NCBI GenBank assembly: GCA_964637835.1
Contig: CAZWYF010000007.1
Coordinates: forward strand, 7,486 to 71,485
Length of the DNA: 64,000 nt
Source of the DNA: an uncultured Fibrobacteraceae bacterium
GTDB taxonomy: Bacteria > Krumholzibacteriota > Krumholzibacteriia > LZORAL124-64-63
Direction of reading: 5' to 3'
Within the stretch, counting starts at the first letter, position 1, and each line of letters starts with the position of its first letter. The notes under the pieces were generated by a model, which saw only the letters and a list, made by a program, of their open reading frames with translations, was not told where the DNA came from and made no database searches. Both the position numbers and the translations under genes were made by a program. This document shows positions 46,059-58,536 of the stretch, one piece after another.

Positions 46059-48359
46059 GTGTTCACGGAGAACCCGACCCCTCATCCCGCCGCGCTGGTC
46101 GCGGCCGCATCGCTGACCTTGCTGCTGCTGAGCGGCGGCGTCGGCGCGCAGGCCGCGGTGCTGCACGACCCCTGGCTGGCCCGCTTCCAGGTGGGCGAGC
46201 TGCGCGACCCCGGTGACGTCGCCCTGGACGACGGCGCGCCCGCCGGGCTGCTGGCGCCGCTCACCGTGGATCCTGGCTGGCGTCGCGGCGCCGACACCTT
46301 CTTCGCCGACGGGCAGCTGCCCCGTCACCCCGGGCTGACGGCCTGGCGCCTGGCCGTGCCCGCGCTCGGCAGCGCCATGGCCGCCGAGCAGGTCCACGCC
46401 ACCGCGCGAGCCCAGTGGCACGAGCTGAGCGTCCCGGCCGGGGCCGGCGTGGGGGTGAACACCCCGGTCCGGGAGGGCCCCTGGACCACGGAGATCCACC
46501 TGCTGCGCGCCAGCCGGCTCTGGGAGGCGGGCCGCTGGGCCGACGCGGCCCGGGCCGCCCACGCCATCGTGCAGGCGCGGCGGTCGCTGGACCTGGGATC
46601 CGACGCCGCCTTCGTCTGGGCGCTGCGCGCCTGGCACCTCGATCGCCTGGCCGGCCAGCAGCCGGACGACCGCGCGGTCTGGGCGCGCCTGCTCGACCTG
46701 GGCCTCTACGACACCCGCAGCGGCTGGGCCGTGTGGCGGGCCCTGCGCGCGGCCGCCGAGCGCCCGCCACTGCCCGCGGGCGCCGCCGACCGCGCGACCG
46801 CCCGCATGCTCGCCACCAGCGGGGACCTGGGACTGGACGCCGCCCGGTTCCGGGCCGCCGGCTTCCCCGATCAGGTGGCCGCCGGCCTCGGCGGCCTGCT
46901 GCTGCCGCGCGACCAGCTCGCCGCGCATTTCGGGCGCTTTCCCGCGCCGCCGGACGATCCGCTCTTCCAGGGCCACTGGCTGCGTGGCCAGCGGCGGCTG
47001 GACTCCTCCACCGCGCACCTGGAGCGGCTGGCCGCCCGCGAGGACCTGATCGCCGGCCATCGCCTCGATCTGTGGCGCCGCGCCAGCGAGCGCCACCTCA
47101 TCGCCGATCGCTGGGCGCCGGGTCTGCAGGCCCTCGAGCGGGCCCTCGCCCTGCTCGCGGGGGACATTCCCCGCGGCACCGCCTCCCGGCTGCAGGAGTG
47201 GCACGTCCAGGCCCTCGCGCTGGCGGTGCACCGTGGCCGGACCGGCGACGCGGCCCGGATCGTGGACCTGGCGCTCGCCCACGGCGGGCCGGACGCCCGG
47301 ATCCGCCTCGAGCGCGAGGCCGACGTCCTGCTCGCCCGGCTGGGCCGGGGTTCCGGGTCGGCGGCCGCCAGGGATTTCCGGGGGGCCCACGAGGCGCATG
47401 TCCGCACGGGCGCGGCGCAGGAACTGGCCTCGCCGCCGCCCCTGGTCCTGCCGCCGCCGGAGGTCTGGCGCCACCGGCTGTGGGCGCTCTGGGCCGAGTG
47501 GGGCCTGGCCCTGCTCGCCGGGGAGGGTCCCGCGGCCGACGCCGACGCTCGCCGGGCCGGGCTGGAGGCCGTGCGCGGCACGGACGATCCCGCCCAGCGG
47601 CACGCCACCGCCTGCGCCCTGGTGGGCCGCGCGCTGCGCGGCGAGGCGGCCGCGGCGCCGCTGGTGCTCCACGCCATCGAGCGCGACATCGAGCACCTCG
47701 CCGGCGGCCTCGCCCTGCCGGCGCCGTCGCCCTTGCCGGATCTCCGCGACCCCCACCCCTGGGACACGCCCGGCGAGCAGCGCCGTGGCCACGCCCTGCT
47801 GGGCGCCGCCCTCGCCCTCGGGGACGACACCGGCCTCATCCACGCCGCCGTCCGCCTGCCCCAGGCCGGTGTGGACGACCTCACCCGCTGGAGCTTCTGG
47901 TACCCCGTGCCCGCGGATCCCGCGCTACGCCGCGCCCTGGCCGAGGCCGACGCCCCGGCCGACGTGCTGCTGGCCATCGCCCGCAACGAGTCGCTCTTCG
48001 AGCCGGCGGTCCGCTCGCGGGCCGGAGCCCTGGGCTACATGCAGATCATGCCCTTCCACTACCAGGATCCCGCCGGTCCGCCCGGCCCCGGACACTGGAG
48101 CCATCCGGCCACCAGCATCCGCGCCGGCGGGCGCATCCTCGCCGGGGAGATCCGCCGCTTCGGCGGCGACCCCTACCGGGCCGTGGCGGCCTACAACGCC
48201 GGCAGTGGCGCGGTGCAGCGGTGGGACCGCCAGCTCGGCGGCTCGCCGGACCGCGCCGTCTTCTGGGCCTGGATCGGCTATCCCGAGACTCGCGGCTACA
48301 CCCTGCGGGTCCTGCGCGACCGTCGCATCTACCGCGAGCTGCTGGGCGCCACGCCATGA
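46059..48359 (+). CDS. slt: Soluble lytic murein transglycosylase (Slt70-like: superhelical N-domain plus C-terminal SLT domain)
   Basis: Signal peptide. C-terminal ARNESLFEPAVRSRAGALGYMQIMP...AAYNAGSGAV SLT motifs. Confidence 0.7.
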   Translation: MFTENPTPHPAALVAAASLTLLLLSGGVGAQAAVLHDPWLARFQVGELRDPGDVALDDGAPAGLLAPLTVDPGWRRGADTFFADGQLPRHPGLTAWRLAVPALGSAMAAEQVHATARAQWHELSVPAGAGVGVNTPVREGPWTTEIHLLRASRLWEAGRWADAARAAHAIVQARRSLDLGSDAAFVWALRAWHLDRLAGQQPDDRAVWARLLDLGLYDTRSGWAVWRALRAAAERPPLPAGAADRATARMLATSGDLGLDAARFRAAGFPDQVAAGLGGLLLPRDQLAAHFGRFPAPPDDPLFQGHWLRGQRRLDSSTAHLERLAAREDLIAGHRLDLWRRASERHLIADRWAPGLQALERALALLAGDIPRGTASRLQEWHVQALALAVHRGRTGDAARIVDLALAHGGPDARIRLEREADVLLARLGRGSGSAAARDFRGAHEAHVRTGAAQELASPPPLVLPPPEVWRHRLWALWAEWGLALLAGEGPAADADARRAGLEAVRGTDDPAQRHATACALVGRALRGEAAAAPLVLHAIERDIEHLAGGLALPAPSPLPDLRDPHPWDTPGEQRRGHALLGAALALGDDTGLIHAAVRLPQAGVDDLTRWSFWYPVPADPALRRALAEADAPADVLLAIARNESLFEPAVRSRAGALGYMQIMPFHYQDPAGPPGPGHWSHPATSIRAGGRILAGEIRRFGGDPYRAVAAYNAGSGAVQRWDRQLGGSPDRAVFWAWIGYPETRGYTLRVLRDRRIYRELLGATP

Positions 48360-48952
48360 TCGGGGGGGCGCAGGACGGGCCCGCGGCCCAGCAACCCCTG
48401 CGCAACGCCATCCACGTGGCCACGGCCCTGGCCGCCGGCTGGGTGCTCCTGGTGCCGCGGCCCTGGGACCTGGCCGGCATCGCGGCCGTGCTGGTGGTCG
48501 TGGCCGCTGGCGACATCGGGCGCCTCCACGGCGGATTCCGATGCTGGCTGGAGGGCGTGCTGCCCGGTGTCTTCCGCTCCACCGAACTGCCCGGCGTCTC
48601 GGGAGGGACGCTGCTGCTGGTGGGGGACCTGCTCGCCGCCGTCCTCTTCTCGCCGGTCGCGGCGGCCGGCGGCATCGTCGCCCTGGCGGTGGGCGATCCG
48701 GCTGCCGCCGTGGCGGGCCGCTGGTACGGGGCCCGGCGCGGCCTCGCCGGGCAGAAGACCTGGTTCGGCTCGGTGGCCTGCTTCCTGGCCGCCCTGCCGT
48801 TCATCTGGCTGATCCCCGGCCTCGGCCTGCCCGCGGCGACCGCGGGGGCGGCCATGGCCGCCCTGGTGGAGCGCCGGGCCGGTCGCCTGGACAACCTGTT
48901 GCTGCCGGTGGCGGTGGCCATGCTCCTGGGCCTCTGGGCGCCGCGCGGCTGA
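48356..48952 (+). CDS. Integral membrane CTP-transferase-family (phytol/dolichol kinase- or CdsA-like) protein
   Basis: 198 aa. GDPAAAVAGRWYGARR...GQKTWFGSVACF resembles the C-terminal motif of polyprenol kinases and CDS enzymes. ATGA overlap with the slt stop. Confidence 0.4.
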   Translation: MIGGAQDGPAAQQPLRNAIHVATALAAGWVLLVPRPWDLAGIAAVLVVVAAGDIGRLHGGFRCWLEGVLPGVFRSTELPGVSGGTLLLVGDLLAAVLFSPVAAAGGIVALAVGDPAAAVAGRWYGARRGLAGQKTWFGSVACFLAALPFIWLIPGLGLPAATAGAAMAALVERRAGRLDNLLLPVAVAMLLGLWAPRG

Positions 48953-48985
48953 CCGCTGGCCGGGAACCTGGCCCCGGGCGTCCGG

Positions 48986-49014
48986 TTGACACCCCAGCAG
49001 CCCCCCTGTAGTTT
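48986..49014 (+). promoter_or_regulatory. Candidate sigma-70 promoter TTGACA-N17-TAGTTT upstream of secA
   Basis: Perfect -35 hexamer read directly. Weak -10. Confidence 0.3.
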
Positions 49015-49070
49015 CCCCGGCGGCCGCCGTCCGGCGGTGTTTCCGCTTGACCTCAAAGGAGTCACGTCCA

Positions 49071-52096
<3,026 letters not shown>

Positions 52097-52172
52097 TCGC
52101 GACCCCGGCTTGCCAGCCCCCGGCGCCCATGATAGGTTGGCGCCGCCGTCGGAACCCGCTGCGAAGGGCGAC

Positions 52173-52652
52173 ATGGAGCACCTGCGACACCGACTCCGCG
52201 ACCTGCTGCTGCTGCTGATCGAGTCCCTGGTCGATGAAGAGGACCAGGCCGGGACCGGTGGTCTGGAGCTGCGCGCCCTGCTCTCGGCGGCCGGTCTGGC
52301 GGACGAGGATCTCCACGATCTGCTGGCCTGGGTGGAGGATCCGGCCGGCGGCGACGGCCTGCCCGACGACGCCTGGCTCACCGCCCGGCGCTATGGGCGG
52401 GCGAGCGGCGGGGCCCTGCGCCTGATGGGCCAGCGCGAGGACGAGCTGCTGACCGTGGGCGCGTTCGACTACCTGTTGCGGCTCGTGCGGACCGGCCAGA
52501 TCACCGCCGAGCAGATGGAGTCGCTGATCCAGTTCGCGCAGCTCGTCCCCGACGGTCCGCTGACCGAGGGGGAGCTGACCCCGTTGCTCGACCGCGTGGT
52601 CTTCGCCGATCGCCCGGGCGAGGCGGCCGTCGGCCCCGAGCGCACCCACTGA
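52173..52652 (+). CDS. smg: Smg-like protein (DUF494)
   Basis: Helical acidic protein with an LADEDLHDLLAWVED-type motif. Located directly upstream of topA as in enterobacterial smf-smg-topA. Confidence 0.5.
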   Translation: MEHLRHRLRDLLLLLIESLVDEEDQAGTGGLELRALLSAAGLADEDLHDLLAWVEDPAGGDGLPDDAWLTARRYGRASGGALRLMGQREDELLTVGAFDYLLRLVRTGQITAEQMESLIQFAQLVPDGPLTEGELTPLLDRVVFADRPGEAAVGPERTH

Positions 52653-52704
52653 TCCGGAATCCCGGCCCCGCGTGGGCTCATGGTCGCTGCGAAAGGCGAG
52701 GTCG

Positions 52705-55503
52705 TTGAAGCTGATCGTCGTCGAGTCCCCCGCCAAGGCGCGCACCATCGAGAAGTTCCTCGGCTCCGAATACCGGGTCGCGGCCAGCTACGGCCACATC
52801 CGCGACCTGCCGGAGAAGGCGAGCCAGATCCCCGCGCGCTATCGCGACAAGCCCTGGAAGCGGCTCGCGGTGGACGTGGAGGGCGAGTTCACGCCCATCT
52901 ACGTGGTCTCCGCCGACAGCCAGCAGCGGGTCAAGGAACTCAAGCAGCTGATGAAGAACGCCGACGAGCTGCTGCTCGCCACCGATGAGGATCGCGAGGG
53001 CGAGGCGATCAGCTGGCACCTGCTCGAGGTGCTCCAGCCCCGGATCCCCGTGCGGCGCATCACGTTCCACGAGATCACCCGCGGCGCCATCACCCACGCG
53101 CTGGAGAACCCGCGCGCCATCGACGAGAAGCTGGTCCAGGCCCAGGAGAGCCGGCGGATCCTCGACCGGCTGTACGGCTACGAGCTCTCGCCCGTGCTCT
53201 GGAAGAAGGTGCGCTCGGGACTGAGCGCCGGCCGGGTGCAGAGCGTGGCGGTGCGGCTGATCGTCGAGCGCGAGGAGGAGCGGCAGCGGTTCCAGGTGGC
53301 GGTCTACTACGACGTCGAGGCGCTGCTGTACGGCCCCGGCGGCGAGAACTTCACCGCGCGGCTCCACGCCATCGACGACCAGCGCCTGGCGGGCGGTGCC
53401 GACTTCGACCCCGATACCGGCCAGCTCAAGAAGCCTGGCGAGCGGATCCAGCTCGACGCCGCCCTGGCCGAGGAGATCCAGGAGTGCGCGCGGTCGGCCG
53501 AATCCCTGCCCTGGCGCGTGCTCGCCGTCGAGCGCAAGGAGACCCGGCAGCGGCCCGCGCCACCGTTCATCACCTCGACGCTCCAGCAGGCCGCGGCCAA
53601 CCGCCTCGGCCTCTCGCCCCAGCGCACCATGCAGATCGCCCAGCGACTCTACGAGGGCATCGACCTGGGCGGTGGCGAGCGCGTGGGTCTGATCACCTAC
53701 ATGCGGACCGACTCGGTGGCCATGGCCAGCCAGGCCCTGCAGGAGGCCGCCGGCTACATCCACGAGCACTTCGGCGCCGAGTACACCGACGGCCCGCGCC
53801 ACTATCGCACCAGGAGCAAGGGCGCGCAGGAGGCCCACGAGGCCATCAGGCCCACTGGCATCGGGCGGTCGCCCGAGAGCCTCGCGCCGTACCTCGACGC
53901 GCAGCAGCTCAGGCTCTATCGCCTGATCTGGAACCGCGCGGTGGCCAGCCAGATGACCGATGCCCGGCTGGACAAGACCTCGGTGGAGCTGGGCTGCCGC
54001 TGCCACGGGCGGGATCTGCGCTGGAAGGCCAACGGCTCCATCGTCACCTTCCCGGGCTTCCTCAAGGTCTACGGCGACCGCGAGCGCGATTCGCTGCTGC
54101 CCGAGCTGCACGAGGGGCAGCTCATCCCCGATCCGCAGATCGCCGACGAGGATCCCGACACCGACGGCGCCCAGCAGGGCGTGGCCGAGGTGCGGGCGCT
54201 GCGGCACGAGACCCAGCCACCCTCCCGCTACACGGAGGCCTCGCTGGTCAAGAAGCTGGAGGACGAGGGCATCGGTCGTCCCTCCACCTATGCGTCCATC
54301 ATCTCCACCATCCAGCAACGGAATTACGTGGAGAAGAAGGGCAGCGCCCTGCTGCCCACCTACGTGGGCATGGCGGTGGTGCGGCTGCTGCGCGACCACT
54401 TCCCCCGCTACGTGGATCTGAAGTTCACCGCGGCGATGGAGGAGGACCTCGACGCCATCGCCCGCGGCGAGGTGGATCCGCGGGACTTCCTGCGGCGTTT
54501 CTACCGCGGAGACGGCGACCGGGACGGCCTGGTGGACCGGATCCGCGACGAGATGGAGCGCATCGACTTCCCGCGCATCCCCGTGGGCACCGACCCGCGA
54601 ACCGGCGAACCGCTGCTGGTGAAGATCGGCAAGAAGTCGGTGTACGTGCAGAGGGGCGAACAGGGCGGCGAGAGCGTCACCCTGCCGGTGGACCTGCTCA
54701 TCGACGAGCTCACGCCCGACGTGGCGGCCGAGCTGCTGGAGGAGAAGCGCAAGAGCCTCGAGCCCATCGGCCAGGATCCGGAGACGGGCAAGAACATCTA
54801 CGCGCTCATCGGCCCCTACGGGCCCTACCTGCAGCTGGGCGAGCACGACGAGGAGCCCAAGCCCAAGCGCGTGAGCCTGGGCCGCGGCACCGACGTGCGC
54901 GCGGTGGATCTGGATCTGGCGCTGCGTCTGCTCTCGCTGCCGCGGGAACTGGGCACCGATCCGGCCACCGGCAAGGTGGTCAAGGCGGGCCTCGGGCGCT
55001 TCGGCCCCTACGTGGTGCGCGATCGGACCTTCGCCAGCGTCGAGTCCGCGGACCAGCTCTTCTCCATCACCCTGGAGGAGGCGCTGAAGCGGATCGCGGA
55101 CAAGGAGTCGGGCAAGCGGCCGGTGCTCGCCGAGGTGGGTACGCATCCCGACAGCGGCGCCACGCTCGAGGTCTGCAAGGGGCGCTACGGGCCCTACGTC
55201 ACCGATGGCGAGGTGAACGCCACCCTGCCCAGGGGGCGGGAGCCGGAATCGGTGACGGTGGAGGAGGCCGTCGAGTGGCTGGCCGCGGCGGCCGAGCGCA
55301 AGGGCGCCCGGAAGGCGACGAAGAAGACGGCGAAGAAGAAGACCACCAAGAAGGCCGCCAGGAAGACGACCAGGAAGGCGACGAAGAAGACCACCAAGAA
55401 GACGGCGAAGAAGACGGCGAAGAAGAAGACTGACAAGAAGACCGCCAAGAAGACGACGAAGAAGGCCAGCGGTCGCTCGAGCGACGGCCGGTCCGCGAGC
55501 TAG
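52705..55503 (+). CDS. topA: DNA topoisomerase I with lysine-rich (KKT-repeat) C-terminal tail
   Basis: LKLIVVESPAKARTIEKFLG Toprim start (TTG 52705 after AAGGCGAGG; in-frame GTG 52672 is an alternative). Active-site region RLYGYELSPVLW. C-terminal KKTAKKKTTKKAARKTTRKATKKTTKK. Confidence 0.9.
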   Translation: MKLIVVESPAKARTIEKFLGSEYRVAASYGHIRDLPEKASQIPARYRDKPWKRLAVDVEGEFTPIYVVSADSQQRVKELKQLMKNADELLLATDEDREGEAISWHLLEVLQPRIPVRRITFHEITRGAITHALENPRAIDEKLVQAQESRRILDRLYGYELSPVLWKKVRSGLSAGRVQSVAVRLIVEREEERQRFQVAVYYDVEALLYGPGGENFTARLHAIDDQRLAGGADFDPDTGQLKKPGERIQLDAALAEEIQECARSAESLPWRVLAVERKETRQRPAPPFITSTLQQAAANRLGLSPQRTMQIAQRLYEGIDLGGGERVGLITYMRTDSVAMASQALQEAAGYIHEHFGAEYTDGPRHYRTRSKGAQEAHEAIRPTGIGRSPESLAPYLDAQQLRLYRLIWNRAVASQMTDARLDKTSVELGCRCHGRDLRWKANGSIVTFPGFLKVYGDRERDSLLPELHEGQLIPDPQIADEDPDTDGAQQGVAEVRALRHETQPPSRYTEASLVKKLEDEGIGRPSTYASIISTIQQRNYVEKKGSALLPTYVGMAVVRLLRDHFPRYVDLKFTAAMEEDLDAIARGEVDPRDFLRRFYRGDGDRDGLVDRIRDEMERIDFPRIPVGTDPRTGEPLLVKIGKKSVYVQRGEQGGESVTLPVDLLIDELTPDVAAELLEEKRKSLEPIGQDPETGKNIYALIGPYGPYLQLGEHDEEPKPKRVSLGRGTDVRAVDLDLALRLLSLPRELGTDPATGKVVKAGLGRFGPYVVRDRTFASVESADQLFSITLEEALKRIADKESGKRPVLAEVGTHPDSGATLEVCKGRYGPYVTDGEVNATLPRGREPESVTVEEAVEWLAAAAERKGARKATKKTAKKKTTKKAARKTTRKATKKTTKKTAKKTAKKKTDKKTAKKTTKKASGRSSDGRSAS

Positions 55504-55519
55504 CCGCAGGGAGGACGCC

Positions 55520-56947
55520 ATGGCTCACGCCGACATCCACGTGGTGGGCGGCGGCCTCGCCGGCTGCGAGGCCGCGTTGCAGCTGGCCCATCGGGGTCGT
55601 CCCGTCACCCTGCACGAGATGCGCCCCACCGTCTCCACGCCCGCCCACACCGGTGGACAGCTGGCGGAGATCGTCTGCTCCAACAGCTTCAAGAGCACCG
55701 ACCCGGGCACCGCCAGCGGGCTGCTGAAGGAGGAGCTGGACCGGCTCGGCTGCCGCCTGCTGCCCATCGCTCGCAAGGTGTCCGTGCCCGCCGGCGCCGC
55801 CCTGGCCATCGACCGCGAGCAGTTCGCCGCGGCGGTACAGGCCGCGGTGGAGGCCGAGGACCTGATCACCGTGCAGCGCGGCGAGGTTTCGCGTCTGGAG
55901 ACGGCGCCGGACCGCCACTGGATCGTCGCCACCGGCCCGTTGACCAGTCCTGCGCTCCAGGAGCAGCTGGCCGAACTGACCGGGCGCGACGGGTTGCACT
56001 TCTTCGACGCCATCGCGCCCACGGTGACCCGCGAGTCGCTGGATCTCGACGTCCTCTACCGGGCCAGCCGCTACGACAAGGGCGAGGCCGACTACCTCAA
56101 CGCCGCCATGGACCAGGCCCGGTACGAGGCCTTCTACGAGGCGCTCCTCGCCGCCGAGCGCCTGGCGGTCAAGGACTTCGACCGGGCCGACCTCTTCGAC
56201 GGCTGCCAGCCCGTGGAGGAGATCGCCGCCGGCGGCCCGCAGTCCCTCTGCTTCGGGCCGCTCCGTCCGGTGGGCCTGCACGATCCGCGGACCGGCCAGC
56301 GGCCGCACGCCGTGGTCCAGCTCCGCCAGGAGAACGCCGCCGCCACGCTCTACGGCCTGGTCGGCTTCCAGACCCGCCTGAAGTGGGGCGAGCAGAAGCG
56401 GGTCTTCCGCATGATCCCGGGCCTGGAGCAGGCGGAGTTCGTCCGCCTCGGCCAGATGCACCGCAACTTCTACGTGGACACGCCGCGGGTGCTGCGGCCC
56501 GACTTCGCGCTGCGGGCCGAGCCATCCATCCGACTCGCGGGACAGATCACCGGCGTCGAGGGTTATGTCGAGAGCATCGCCGGCGGCCTGGTCGCCGCCC
56601 TGCACCTGGACGCCGCGCTGTCCGGGCGCCGCCTGCCGCCCTGGCCCTACAGCACCGTCCTGGGCGCCCTGCACCACGGTTTCCTCTTCGACGACACCAG
56701 CGAGCGGCTGACGCCCATGAACGCCAACTTCGGCATCCTGCCCGACCTCGACCGGCCGGTGAAGGGCAAGCGCGAGCGCAAGCTGGCCAAGCGCGAGGTG
56801 GCCCTGCAGGATCTGGATCTCTGGCTGCGCATGGTGACGGACGAGGCCGCCGACGCCCGGGCGGATGACGATCCGGACGCGCAGACGGAGCTTGCCGCCG
56901 ACCCGGCCCGCGGCGATGCTGACCCCGACGGCGAGGCCGGCGCCTGA
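55520..56947 (+). CDS. trmFO: Methylenetetrahydrofolate--tRNA-(uracil54-C5)-methyltransferase TrmFO (Gid)
   Basis: FAD motif [30 protein letters not shown]. 475 aa with an acidic C-terminal extension. Confidence 0.9.
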   Translation: MAHADIHVVGGGLAGCEAALQLAHRGRPVTLHEMRPTVSTPAHTGGQLAEIVCSNSFKSTDPGTASGLLKEELDRLGCRLLPIARKVSVPAGAALAIDREQFAAAVQAAVEAEDLITVQRGEVSRLETAPDRHWIVATGPLTSPALQEQLAELTGRDGLHFFDAIAPTVTRESLDLDVLYRASRYDKGEADYLNAAMDQARYEAFYEALLAAERLAVKDFDRADLFDGCQPVEEIAAGGPQSLCFGPLRPVGLHDPRTGQRPHAVVQLRQENAAATLYGLVGFQTRLKWGEQKRVFRMIPGLEQAEFVRLGQMHRNFYVDTPRVLRPDFALRAEPSIRLAGQITGVEGYVESIAGGLVAALHLDAALSGRRLPPWPYSTVLGALHHGFLFDDTSERLTPMNANFGILPDLDRPVKGKRERKLAKREVALQDLDLWLRMVTDEAADARADDDPDAQTELAADPARGDADPDGEAGA

Positions 56948-56968
56948 CCGGCGGCCGGGGCGCCGCGC

Positions 56969-57934
56969 ATGATCATGAGCCTGCAACCCTTCCTCGATCA
57001 CCTCGCCGTCGAGCGCGGCCTGAGCGTCCGCACGCGCGAGCACTACGCGCGCGACCTGACCGCGTTCCTCGCCACCGCGACCGAGCTGGGCGCCGTCCCC
57101 GTCGACTGCGGCCCCGCGGACTGGCCGGACCTCGCCAGGCGTGGACTGGTCCGTGCCCACCTCGCGCGGCTGCGTCGTCTGGACCGCAGCCGCGCCACCG
57201 TCGACCGCCACCTCGCCAGCATCCGGGCGTTCTTCCGCTGGCTGCAGCTCACCGGTCGCATCGCCACCCTGCCGGACGACCTCACGGCCGGCCGTGGCGG
57301 CCGCGAACGCAGGTTGCCGGTGATGCTGGGGGAGCAGCTGGTGGAACGGCTCCTCGCCGCACCCGATCCGGCCACGGCCCGCGGCCGCCGCGACCGGGCC
57401 CTGCTCGAGATGATCTACGGCCTGGGCCTGCGCCTGAGCGAGGTCGTCGGCCTGGACCTCGGGGATCTGGACCTGATCGACGGTCGGGTCGAGGTCGAGG
57501 GCAAGGGCGGCAAGGAGCGTCTGCTGCCACTCTGCGGGGCGGCGGCCGACGCGCTCGACGATCACCTCGCGGGACGGCTGGACCCGGCCGACCTGCTCGC
57601 CCTGCGGGACGGCCGCCCCGGCCGGGAGCTGGCGCGGCGGCCGGTGTTCGAGGGACGGCCTGGCCGGCGCATCGCCCCGCGCACGGTGCAGCAGCGCGTG
57701 GCGCACCACGCCACGGAACTCGCCGGAATCGCCGGGGTATCGCCCCACACGCTACGTCACAGCTTCGCCACCCACCTGCTGGACGGCGGAGCGGGGATCC
57801 GCATCGTCCAGGAGCTGCTCGGCCACGGCCATCTGGCCACCACGCAGATCTACACCCACCTCAGCCGCAGCGCGGTGCGCGAGGCCTTCCTGCGCGCGCA
57901 CCCGCGGGCTCGTCATCAGGACGGAGACTCATGA
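56969..57934 (+). CDS. xerC: Tyrosine recombinase XerC/XerD family (chromosome dimer resolution)
   Basis: Catalytic R...HxxR...Y box [37 protein letters not shown]. Position topA-trmFO-xerC-hslVU as in the Bacillus codV locus. Confidence 0.85.
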   Translation: MIMSLQPFLDHLAVERGLSVRTREHYARDLTAFLATATELGAVPVDCGPADWPDLARRGLVRAHLARLRRLDRSRATVDRHLASIRAFFRWLQLTGRIATLPDDLTAGRGGRERRLPVMLGEQLVERLLAAPDPATARGRRDRALLEMIYGLGLRLSEVVGLDLGDLDLIDGRVEVEGKGGKERLLPLCGAAADALDDHLAGRLDPADLLALRDGRPGRELARRPVFEGRPGRRIAPRTVQQRVAHHATELAGIAGVSPHTLRHSFATHLLDGGAGIRIVQELLGHGHLATTQIYTHLSRSAVREAFLRAHPRARHQDGDS

Positions 57935-58536
57935 ACGACCATCGCGAACGCGACCACGCCACCGGCGCCGCCGGCCTGCCCACCATCCGCTCGACCACCG
58001 TGGTGGCCGTCCTGCGCGACGGCCGCGCGGCCATGGGCAGCGACGGCCAGGTGACCCTGGGCCAGACCGTGGCCAAGCACGGCGCGGTGAAGGTGCGCCG
58101 CCTCTTCGATGGCAAGGTGCTGGTGGGCTTCGCCGGCGGCGCCGCCGACGCGTTCACCCTCTGGGAGAAGTTCGAGGGCCACCTCGAGCGCTACAACGGC
58201 CACCTGCGCCGGGCCACCGTGGAGCTGGCCCGCGAGTGGCGGAGCGACCGCATCCTGCGCCGCCTGGAGGCCATGATGATCGTCATGGACACCAGCGACG
58301 CGTTCATCGTCTCGGGCAATGGCGACATCATCGAGAGCGACGACGACGTGGCGGCCATCGGCTCGGGCTCGGGCTACGCCCTGGCCGCCGCCCGGGCCCT
58401 GCTGCGCAACACCCCGCTGGATGCGACGGAGGTCGTCCGTCAGAGCCTGGCCATCGCCGGCGAGATCTGCATCTACACCAACACCCACGCCACGGTGCTG
58501 GAGATTCCCGAGACCCCGGCCGGAAAGGACGCCTAG
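57931..58536 (+). CDS. hslV: ATP-dependent protease subunit HslV (ClpQ) with ~20-aa N-terminal propeptide
   Basis: [21 protein letters not shown]...[14 protein letters not shown]. Start overlaps the xerC stop (ATGA). Confidence 0.88.
   Translation: MNDHRERDHATGAAGLPTIRSTTVVAVLRDGRAAMGSDGQVTLGQTVAKHGAVKVRRLFDGKVLVGFAGGAADAFTLWEKFEGHLERYNGHLRRATVELAREWRSDRILRRLEAMMIVMDTSDAFIVSGNGDIIESDDDVAAIGSGSGYALAAARALLRNTPLDATEVVRQSLAIAGEICIYTNTHATVLEIPETPAGKDA

Noticed and set aside
46415-48952. 845-aa + strand ORF overlapping the slt gene
   Set aside because: - Only its last 198 codons (from ATG 48356) form a plausible gene (a CTP-transferase-like membrane protein).
- The upstream 650 codons overlap slt in another frame, with Arg/Pro-rich junk translation.
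52672-52704. GTG 52672 as the topA start (ORF track)
   Set aside because: - There is no Shine-Dalgarno sequence upstream of the GTG.
- TTG 52705 is preceded by AAGGCGAGG and yields the canonical MKLIVVESPAKA Toprim N-terminus.
- Either start is possible; the shorter one was chosen.
56969-57934. Tyrosine recombinase as a sign of an integrated mobile element or phage
   Set aside because: - The context (topA-trmFO upstream, hslVU downstream) is the conserved chromosomal XerC/CodV locus.
- There is no attachment-site repeat, tRNA or cargo genes.
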